In this document: positions 26,230 to 33,166 of the stretch, in pieces
Numbering within the stretch: position 1 is the stretch's first letter
Layout: the number at the start of each line of letters is the position of its first letter
Assembly: GCA_023444045.1 (NCBI GenBank)
Contig: JAEZRQ010000002.1
Coordinates: 12,102 to 76,101, forward strand
Origin: Candidatus Parcubacteria bacterium
GTDB taxonomy: Bacteria; Patescibacteriota; Patescibacteriia; Patescibacteriales; UBA12465
Length of the DNA: 64,000 nucleotides
Direction of reading: 5' to 3'
Translations under genes and position numbers: made by a program
Notes under the pieces: generated by a model
The model's database searches: none
What the model saw: only the letters and a program-made list of their open reading frames with translations
What the model was told of the DNA's origin: nothing

Positions 26230-26320
26230 TCCTAAGATATCTAGTAAATAGATATGATTTAATTCCACTGAGGCCGCTCCCCCTCCCGGGGGTAGTAGTG
26301 TCGACAACTACTTACTGATA

Positions 26321-26400
26321 ATAAACCGATATTAACGATATTTATCATATTTTCAGAAAGTAGTTAGTAATATCCCAAAAATGGGTGTTAGGAATGATTT
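26321..26400. repeat. Repeat module R1 (proximal to RT)
   Basis: ataaaCcgatattaacgat...taatatcccaaaaatgggtgtt... aligns with R2 at roughly three quarters identity, with one 1-nt indel by eye. The shared blocks are CGATATTAACGAT and TAATATCCCAAAAATGGGT. Confidence 0.8.
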
Positions 26401-26509
26401 TAAAAAAGACTAAACCTTCAAGATGCTTAAAAAATTAAGCATAATTTAAATCAATGAGAACCCGCAGAAAATAAATACCCATGAAAATAAGCTCAACTAT
26501 TTTTTAAAA

Positions 26510-26588
26510 ATAAATCGATATTAACGATGTTATTATATTTTTAATAAATAGTTGTTAATATCCCAAAAATGGGTTTTGAAGGTTTTTG
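26510..26588. repeat. Repeat module R2 (distal)
   Basis: ataaaTcgatattaacgat...taatatcccaaaaatgggtttt... lies 189 bp from R1 in the same orientation. Confidence 0.8.
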
Positions 26589-26607
26589 GCAATATAATTG
26601 CTTAAAT

Positions 26608-26616
26608 ATTATAACA
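26608..26616 (-). promoter_or_regulatory. Extended -10 (TGTTATAAT) reading toward the RT
   Basis: The plus strand attataaca at 26608-26616 is TGTTATAAT on the minus strand. The same 9-mer is used upstream of the thrS leader, the 7865 operon and recG. Confidence 0.45.
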
Positions 26617-26752
26617 TAAATAATAAAAAAAGGCTTGTTAATAATAAAAGTTGACATATCTTGATTTTTTAACCAGGCAATGTTAGAGTTTACTTACTAG
26701 ATTTAGTATTAACTCTCTTAAAAAAATCAGCTTCGGCTGGAAAGGAGGTCTC

Positions 26753-27154
26753 ATGAAAGCACTTTTAAAATCTCTTAAAAGAATCGCCTACTGGGTGATG
26801 AAAGACATGTTTATGATCTTAGTCGCCGCTACCTTTGGCGGTGGTTCACTTTATTTGTGGAACAACATTTACCTCTCCCTTTTCTTAGCCTTTGTAGCTG
26901 GGTATCTCTATATCGGCTATCAAGTTTCATTTCATGGTAAAGGCAGGGGCGAGCAGATATTGTTCTTTTGCAATATCATTGCTATTGGGGTAATGGCGAT
27001 TTCCGGAATATTAGGATTTGTCTTCGGACAAATTGCCATTGGGATAATAGCCGTTTTCATCCTTATATTCCTGCTATTACTGCAAGGGTTATATGAATTC
27101 GGAAAAGCAATTGAGGCGCGTGAATCATACCTAAGAAGCATGGAAGGTGATTAG
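26753..27154 (+). CDS. Small polytopic membrane protein
   Basis: 133 aa with a strong SD (AAAGGAGGTctcATG) and 3-4 TM segments. No family recognised. Confidence 0.6.
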   Translation: MKALLKSLKRIAYWVMKDMFMILVAATFGGGSLYLWNNIYLSLFLAFVAGYLYIGYQVSFHGKGRGEQILFFCNIIAIGVMAISGILGFVFGQIAIGIIAVFILIFLLLLQGLYEFGKAIEARESYLRSMEGD

Positions 27155-27207
27155 GCAACCACATAAAAAAACTCCTTAGACCATAACGGTTTAAGGAGTT
27201 TTTGTTT

Positions 27208-29433
27208 TTAATCGCGATATAGCTTCATCAGTAATGAATTAGCAACTACACTGACTGAAGAAAATGACATGGCCAGGGCCGCGATCATAGGGTCAAGCAT
27301 TATACCCCAGATTGGATATAATAATCCGGCTGCAATCGGGATACCTAAAGAGTTATAAACAAAAGCCCAAAATAAATTCTGTCTTATTTTTCTTAAAGTA
27401 TATTTAGAGATACTAATCGCGGAAATCACATCCCTTAAATCATTTTTTACTAAAATTATCTCACCCGCCTCCATAGCAACATCGGTTCCAGAGGCCATGG
27501 CAATGCCTAGGTCCGCTTGAGCTAGAGCTGGAGCATCATTAATGCCATCGCCAACCATCGCTACCACTAAACCAGCATCCTGAAGTTCTTTAATTTTTTT
27601 TGCCTTATCAGCTGGGTAGACATTAGCTAAGACATTTTCAATTCCTAATTTATTAGCAATTGCCGCAGCCACCTTTTCATTGTCGCCACTTATTAAATAA
27701 ATCTTGCGCCCTCTTTTTTTTAAGTTTGAGATAGCTTCTAAGCTGCTTTCTTTAATATCATCAATCAAACCGATAAGACCGGCAATTTGCTGACCATGAA
27801 CGACATATAATGGGGTTTTTCCAGCCTCTGCTAAAGAATTAAAACTATCTTCAACAGCTAATGGAATTTCTATCCCTTCTTCTAATAACAATTTTTTATT
27901 ACCTAAAAGTAGTTTAGTTTGGTGCTCATGGCAGAAAGCCTTAAGCCCACGGCCTTCTTTTTCTTCAAGACTAGTTACTTCAATAGTCTTAATTCCCTGA
28001 TTATTTATGTAAGAAAAAACCGCTTCTGATAAGGGGTGTTTGGAGTGCCTAGCTAAAGAACCAGAAATTTTTAGAATTTTTTCCTGAGGAAAATTAAAAC
28101 TAATAATCTCTACAACCTCTGGAGTGCCTTTAGTTAGGGTGCCGGTTTTATCAAAGACAAAAGTGTTAACCTTATTGGCCGCCTCTAAAGCGGCCAAACT
28201 TTTAATTAAAATCCCCCTTTTGGCCGCGAGACCAGCGCCCATCATGACAGCGGTTGGAGTTGCCAGTCCTAAAGAACAAGGACAAGCAATAATTAAAACC
28301 GAAACAAAAGCTGTTAAAGCAAATGAAAACTCAAAACCAAGGATTAACCAAATAAGAAGGGACAAAAAAGCAATAGTAATTACAGCGGGGGTAAAATAAT
28401 AAGCTACTTTATCTACTAGTAATTGAATCGGTGATTTGGAAGCAATGGCGTTTTCCATTACTTTAATAATCTGAGCCAACATTGTCTCTTCGCCGATGCT
28501 AGAAACCTTAAATCTTAAAACACTAGTCTTATTAATCGTGCCACCAATTAATAAGTCACCGTTTTTCTTAAGAACTGGAATACTCTCCCCGGTGATAGCG
28601 CTTTCATCAATCGTTGACTGTCCAAAGATTATTTGTCCATCAAGTGGCACTTTATCACCAGGCTTTACAATTAAAATATCCCCCGGAATAACTTCAGAAA
28701 TCTGAACTTTTATTTCCTGCTCATTGCGCCAAACAATAGCAGTATTTGGCTGTAGGCCGACTAGTTTTTTAATTGCTTCACCGGCTTTACCTTTAGTTTT
28801 TTCTTCTAGATATTTTCCTAAAATAATAAAAACCAAAATAAACCCAGCACTCTCAAAATAGACATGAAAATCATCATATTGGCCAAAAAATAAATTAGAT
28901 GAAAATAAAATAACAATTGAGTAGATAAAAGCAGCCGCAGTCCCAACAGCAATTAAACTATCCATGTTTGGCCTAAGTTTTAATAACTTAGAAAAACCAG
29001 AGTGATAAATTGATCTGTTAACAAAGATAATTAAAGAAGTGAGAATTAATTGGCCTAAATAGTTGGCAGCAGGAGAAATATTTATCATCGGTAAACCAAA
29101 CATCTGCCCCATAGAAAGATAGAACAAGGGTAAACCAAAAACTAGTGACAACACAAAAAGACGGCGGTATTTTTTAACTAAATCGGGCGTCTTTCTGGTG
29201 TCTTGATTAGCGAGTCTAGCACTATAGCCAGTTTGTTTAATTAAAGAAATTATTTCAGGGGTGCTAATGTCTATTTCTTTAAAAGAAATAAGGGCCTTAT
29301 TAGTAGCTAAACTGATTTGTGCTTCAGCAATACGAGTGTCTTTATCTAAGACTCTTTGGATATTAGCGACACAAGAAGCACAAGTCATGCCATCAATATT
29401 TAATTCTATTTTTTTCATATATTTATTCAACAA
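27208..29433 (-). CDS. copA: Copper-translocating P1B-type ATPase
   Basis: 741 aa. N-terminal HMA GMTCASCV, TM CPC motif (IIACPCSLGLATP), DKTGTLT, GDGINDAP. Confidence 0.95.
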   Translation of the reverse strand: MLNKYMKKIELNIDGMTCASCVANIQRVLDKDTRIAEAQISLATNKALISFKEIDISTPEIISLIKQTGYSARLANQDTRKTPDLVKKYRRLFVLSLVFGLPLFYLSMGQMFGLPMINISPAANYLGQLILTSLIIFVNRSIYHSGFSKLLKLRPNMDSLIAVGTAAAFIYSIVILFSSNLFFGQYDDFHVYFESAGFILVFIILGKYLEEKTKGKAGEAIKKLVGLQPNTAIVWRNEQEIKVQISEVIPGDILIVKPGDKVPLDGQIIFGQSTIDESAITGESIPVLKKNGDLLIGGTINKTSVLRFKVSSIGEETMLAQIIKVMENAIASKSPIQLLVDKVAYYFTPAVITIAFLSLLIWLILGFEFSFALTAFVSVLIIACPCSLGLATPTAVMMGAGLAAKRGILIKSLAALEAANKVNTFVFDKTGTLTKGTPEVVEIISFNFPQEKILKISGSLARHSKHPLSEAVFSYINNQGIKTIEVTSLEEKEGRGLKAFCHEHQTKLLLGNKKLLLEEGIEIPLAVEDSFNSLAEAGKTPLYVVHGQQIAGLIGLIDDIKESSLEAISNLKKRGRKIYLISGDNEKVAAAIANKLGIENVLANVYPADKAKKIKELQDAGLVVAMVGDGINDAPALAQADLGIAMASGTDVAMEAGEIILVKNDLRDVISAISISKYTLRKIRQNLFWAFVYNSLGIPIAAGLLYPIWGIMLDPMIAALAMSFSSVSVVANSLLMKLYRD

Positions 29434-30769
29434 TAAAACGGCCGTTAATCATCCCCATCCAGCAAGAAAAAGGAATAACCCCCTTATCTTTAGGGGTAAA
29501 TTCTAAAGTAACCTGATCGCCATTTTTTAATTTACCGGTAGTAAGACCTAAACGACTAATAATTACTTCATCGCTACAACCGGTAACTCTAATAGCATTA
29601 ACCGTGAACTTAACTGGTATGCCTTTTTTAATCCTGAATTCTTTTTGAACAAAGCCATAATTAATATCCAATTGGACGGTTTGATAATCGCCATTTTTTA
29701 ATTCACTACTAGAATCCAACTTAGAGCGGGAAAAAATATTCAAGGAGTTAAGAGAAAATTTAGACCCAGAAAGCACTAGTCCGGTATTAAAAGAGTAAAG
29801 GGCAAATAGAATAATAATAGCGGCAATTATTTTTTTTAGTATTCTAAAACGATTTTCTTGAGCATAGCTAGAGCCAAGTCCTACAGAGAACAAAACAGGG
29901 GTGGTGCCAAGAGCGAAAAAAGTCATTATTAAAGCTCCCTGCAAGAAGCTACCAGAAGCTACCGCCGCCACCTGCATTGACTGGGTAAAGCCGCAAGGCA
30001 AAAAGAAAGTTAAAGCACCAATAGTTGTAATTAGATAAGGCTTATTCTCTGTTTTAATATTTAATATTTTGCGACTCAGGCTTTTTGGTAAATAAAGTCC
30101 AAGTCTAGTAATACTTGGTAGCAGCCCCATAATATTTAAACCCACATAAAACATGATAAGGGCCACTAAAATCATCAAAAAACTAGTTACTGCCGGGGAA
30201 TAATTAATGACGCCCCCTAAAGATCCAAGAATGCCACCAAGGATAAAGAAGCCAACAATACGACCGGAATGGAAATATAATTGCGGCATTACTCTATCTG
30301 TTAAAGATATTTTATGACCATCATTAATTTTAAGACCACTTGAAAAGCTAAGAACTATCCCGCCAGTGATGGCTAAACAGGTAGATAAAGAAGCTACAAA
30401 GCCAATAAACAAAGCAACCATAAAACTAACGTCGCGATTTAAATCGGGGAAAAATCTAATTATATTAAACTTAGAGACGATAGTAATAATTAGAAAAATA
30501 CCAATAAAGATTGCTAGAATTTCCCACCAATCTTTTTTCTTTAAGTTACCAGTAACAGGGGCTTCTGGCTTATTAACAACTTTATAACCGCAACTTGTTA
30601 CTATTTTTTTTATTTGATTATCATTAATATTATCAGCTTCAATCTCTAAATCACCGCGCTTATGAGAAACTTTTATTTTAGCATCACTAATTACATCTTT
30701 GATGCTATTTTCAATTAACAACTCACAACTAGCACAATGAAGGCCAGAGAGATAAAATTTTCTTTTCAT
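29423..30769 (-). CDS. Three-domain fusion: HMA metallochaperone domain + DsbD/CcdA- or TauE-like permease + C-terminal cupredoxin-like domain
   Basis: 448 aa. N-terminal GLHCASCELLIE (HMA), about 6-7 central TM helices, and a C-terminal IPVKFTVNAIRVTGCSDEVI...IPFSCWMGMINGRFIV (Cys...Cys-x-Met, cupredoxin_1-like). 11-nt overlap with copA. Confidence 0.6.
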   Translation of the reverse strand: MKRKFYLSGLHCASCELLIENSIKDVISDAKIKVSHKRGDLEIEADNINDNQIKKIVTSCGYKVVNKPEAPVTGNLKKKDWWEILAIFIGIFLIITIVSKFNIIRFFPDLNRDVSFMVALFIGFVASLSTCLAITGGIVLSFSSGLKINDGHKISLTDRVMPQLYFHSGRIVGFFILGGILGSLGGVINYSPAVTSFLMILVALIMFYVGLNIMGLLPSITRLGLYLPKSLSRKILNIKTENKPYLITTIGALTFFLPCGFTQSMQVAAVASGSFLQGALIMTFFALGTTPVLFSVGLGSSYAQENRFRILKKIIAAIIILFALYSFNTGLVLSGSKFSLNSLNIFSRSKLDSSSELKNGDYQTVQLDINYGFVQKEFRIKKGIPVKFTVNAIRVTGCSDEVIISRLGLTTGKLKNGDQVTLEFTPKDKGVIPFSCWMGMINGRFIVE

Positions 30770-30772
30770 AAA

Positions 30773-31045
30773 TTATTTGTTTTGGGCGGTTTTAACAACC
30801 TTTAAGATTTCATCCATCATAATATTTATTTTCTTTTGATCACCTGCTTTAGCGGCATTAGTAACGCAACAACCTAAATGTCCTTCTAAAAGAGTTAAAT
30901 TAACTGATTTTAGAAGCCCAATAATAGCGAGGTTCTGTTGGATGATATCAATACAATATTTTTCCTCTTCAGCCATTTTTAAAACTTTAGCTGTTAAAGA
31001 GTTGGCCTTCTTTAAAGTAATGGCCACTTGTTGCTTGTAATTCAT
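30773..31045 (-). CDS. csoR: CsoR/RcnR-family copper-sensing repressor
   Basis: 90 aa. EEKYCIDIIQQ...LLEGHLGCC gives the C-H-C ligand pattern of CsoR (DUF156). Confidence 0.85.
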   Translation of the reverse strand: MNYKQQVAITLKKANSLTAKVLKMAEEEKYCIDIIQQNLAIIGLLKSVNLTLLEGHLGCCVTNAAKAGDQKKINIMMDEILKVVKTAQNK

Positions 31046-31071
31046 AAAATTATGAAAAATAAAAAATTAAT

Positions 31072-31092
31072 TATACCTACACCTATGGTATA
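31072..31092. promoter_or_regulatory. Candidate CsoR operator
   Basis: TATACC-TACACCTAT-GGTATA is an inverted repeat (TATACC/GGTATA) overlapping a minus-strand TATAAT. A TTGACA sits at 31113-31108. Confidence 0.5.
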
Positions 31093-31119
31093 GCTATTAG
31101 AAAAGACTGTCAAGAAAAA

Positions 31120-31143
31120 TAAAAAACAGCTTTTAAAAGCTGC
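31120..31143 (-). terminator. Terminator after ung
   Basis: Contains the 16-nt perfect palindrome cagcttttaaaagctg, followed on the minus strand by TTTTTT. Confidence 0.6.
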
Positions 31144-31149
31144 TTATTA

Positions 31150-31818
31150 TTACCAAATAATTTCTTTTTCGCCCTGATCTTTTAGCCATTTATTTGTCTT
31201 AGAAAAATGATGACAACCAAAAAATCCTTGATAAGCCGATAATGGTGAGGGGTGTGGTGCTTCTAAAATTAAATGCTTTTTATTATCAATTAGAGACTTT
31301 TTACTTTTAGCATAATTACCCCAGAGAATAAAAACCAACTCTTCTTTTTTATCTGATAAAATCTTAATAATTTCGTCAGTAAATTTTTCCCAGCCAATTT
31401 TACTATGAGAAGCGGGTTGATGGGCAACAACACTTAAAATAGCATTTAAAAGAAAAACACCCTGCTCTGCCCAAGAACTGAGATCACCATCTTGATAATC
31501 TTTTTTAATTCCACAATCAGTCTCTATCTCTTGATAAATATTTTTTAAAGAGGGCGGCAGCGGTACTCCTTTAGGGACAGAAAAACAAAGCCCATGAGCC
31601 TGACCGGGATTGTGATAAGGGTCTTGGCCTAAAATAACTACCCTAACTTTAGAAAATGGGGTTAAATAAAAAGCCGCAAAAATATTTTCCGGCTTAGGAT
31701 AGATTTTTTTAGTCAGATATTCGCTACGAACCAAAGAAGTTAACTCCTTGAAGCTAGTAGTTTCAAGATAAGGTTTTAGTACTTCCAACCACTCTTTTTC
31801 TATTTTAACCTCAGACAT
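31150..31818 (-). CDS. ung: Uracil-DNA glycosylase, family 1
   Basis: 222 aa. Motifs VVILGQDPYH and HPSPLSA. Confidence 0.95.
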   Translation of the reverse strand: MSEVKIEKEWLEVLKPYLETTSFKELTSLVRSEYLTKKIYPKPENIFAAFYLTPFSKVRVVILGQDPYHNPGQAHGLCFSVPKGVPLPPSLKNIYQEIETDCGIKKDYQDGDLSSWAEQGVFLLNAILSVVAHQPASHSKIGWEKFTDEIIKILSDKKEELVFILWGNYAKSKKSLIDNKKHLILEAPHPSPLSAYQGFFGCHHFSKTNKWLKDQGEKEIIW

Positions 31819-31821
31819 TTG

Positions 31822-33072
31822 TTATAAAATTAAAGTAGCTAAACCTAAGAAGGAAACGAAACCTAGAATATCAGTAGCGGTGGTAATAAAAATTGTGGCA
31901 GATGAAGCAGGGTCTTTCCCAAGACGCTTCATAATAACAGGAACAATAGTACCAAAAAAAGCCGCCACCAGTAAATTAATAATCATAGCGGAAGCGAGAA
32001 CTAAAGCTAAGCGAGTATTACCATCTTTTAGATAAACAATTGAGGCCACTAGCAAACCATTAATTAAACCATTAATAAAACCAGCCCCTAATTCATTCTT
32101 CAGAGTTCTAAACATGCTCTTAAATTCAATTTGTTTTAAAGATATGCCTCTGACCACGACCGCCAGTGTTTGAGTAGCGGAATTACCACCCATACCCGCA
32201 ACAATCGGCATATAAACTGCTAGAAGAACATATTTAGCAATTGTCTCATCAAACAAACCAACTGTAAAAGAAGCTAAAAAGGATGTGCCTAGGTTAATAA
32301 TAAGCCACTTATAACGAAATCTAACCTTAGTTCTAATAGCATCAAAAACTGACTCCTCCTTATTAACGCCCGCAAAATCATAAAGACCCTGAGCCTCCTT
32401 CTCATGCAGTAACCTCAAAACATCGTCAGAGTAAATAAAACCTAAAACATGATTCTTTTGACTTAAAACCACAACATTACTACGAGGACTTTTTCTAAAA
32501 ATCTCTAGAATTTTGTTAGTGCTAGTGTTTTCTTTAATGGTTTTTACTTTTTTAACAAAATTTTTAGCTAATTCTTCGGGGCCAGCCAATCCTAGAGAAT
32601 AGCCCGGTAAACTACCAAGCAGTTTGTGACCTTCCATCACTAAAATTACCGGTAATTTTCCTGTTCGTCTTTCATGGGTTTTAACCTGCTTAGCAACAGA
32701 AACAATGCTATCATCATGCTCTACTTGAATGTAATTAATATTAATGAGCTCCATGGCGGTATCCTGGTCAAAACTGAGCAGTGAAGAAATGCTATTTTTT
32801 AAAGTGTTGTTTAGCTGACCAACAATCTCTTTCTGCCTTTTTATTGGCAAAAGGCGAACCACATCACTAGCCTCATCGGTATCAAGATTCTGCAATAAAT
32901 CAACCACCCCCTGATCACTTAACTTAGAGACAATATCATACTGAACATAACGAGATAAATTCATTATCACATTGCGTTTTTCTTCATCCTTAATTGAACT
33001 AAAAACCTCCAAACGATTTTTGGAATCACGAGATATTTTCGTAATTAAACCCTTAAATTTATTACTAGCCAT
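31822..33072 (-). CDS. mgtE: Magnesium transporter MgtE
   Basis: 416 aa. MgtE N-domain, CBS pair, and a C-terminal 5-TM domain with GMGGNSATQT and TTATDILGF motifs. Confidence 0.9.
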   Translation of the reverse strand: MASNKFKGLITKISRDSKNRLEVFSSIKDEEKRNVIMNLSRYVQYDIVSKLSDQGVVDLLQNLDTDEASDVVRLLPIKRQKEIVGQLNNTLKNSISSLLSFDQDTAMELININYIQVEHDDSIVSVAKQVKTHERRTGKLPVILVMEGHKLLGSLPGYSLGLAGPEELAKNFVKKVKTIKENTSTNKILEIFRKSPRSNVVVLSQKNHVLGFIYSDDVLRLLHEKEAQGLYDFAGVNKEESVFDAIRTKVRFRYKWLIINLGTSFLASFTVGLFDETIAKYVLLAVYMPIVAGMGGNSATQTLAVVVRGISLKQIEFKSMFRTLKNELGAGFINGLINGLLVASIVYLKDGNTRLALVLASAMIINLLVAAFFGTIVPVIMKRLGKDPASSATIFITTATDILGFVSFLGLATLIL

Positions 33073-33112
33073 AAAAAAATAAGATAACTTATAATAGTAA
33101 TATTATAGCATA

Positions 33113-33148
33113 GATAAAAAAAAGTCGCTTTTTCAAAAAAGCGACTTT
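33113..33148 (-). terminator. Terminator of the BNR giant gene
   Basis: aaagtcgctttt-tcaa-aaaagcgacttt is a 12-bp perfect stem, with a T-run on the minus strand. Confidence 0.75.
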
Positions 33149-33166
33149 TAATAATTACTTTAAAGG

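Larger units (their letters stand above)
26230..26601 (-). ncRNA. Candidate structured leader / RT-associated non-coding RNA
   Basis: No ORF on either strand. A minus-strand extended -10 sits at 26616-26608. Elements: two ~80-nt repeat modules, hairpins at 26423-26442 (8-bp perfect), 26294-26312 and 26279-26292 (CCCCC/GGGGG), and a 12-nt inverted repeat 26388-26399 / 26224-26235 that encloses about 150 nt and covers the RT start. Confidence 0.35.

Noticed and set aside
26230-26307. The track's TTG start at 26307 gives the RT a 26-aa extension (MSTLLPPGGGAASVELNHIYLLDILG).
   Set aside because: It uses a non-ATG start with no SD, and the extension is the literal translation of the CCCCC/GGGGG and AGTAGT/ACTACT hairpins. 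Conserved RT N-terminal sequence (FDQILSLANLEEAY) begins after the ATG codons at 26229/26214.
26321-26588. The two ~80-nt repeats upstream of the RT, considered as a CRISPR array or as a DGR template/variable repeat pair.
   Set aside because: There are only two copies with a 189-bp period and about 25 percent divergence, including an indel, so this is not a CRISPR array. The mismatches are of all types (c/t, a/g, t/a, g/t), not adenine-specific, and neither copy lies inside an ORF, so this is not a DGR TR/VR pair. The RT motif 4 also reads QG, not the DGR-type pattern.
25009-26752. The RT considered as the ORF of a group II intron.
   Set aside because: The 3' end of the RT ORF is overlapped by the next gene by 14 nt, leaving no room for intron domains IV(b)-VI. 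No domain V-like GC hairpin with an AGC triad is seen downstream. No maturase X/En region is present. A covariance-model scan would settle this.
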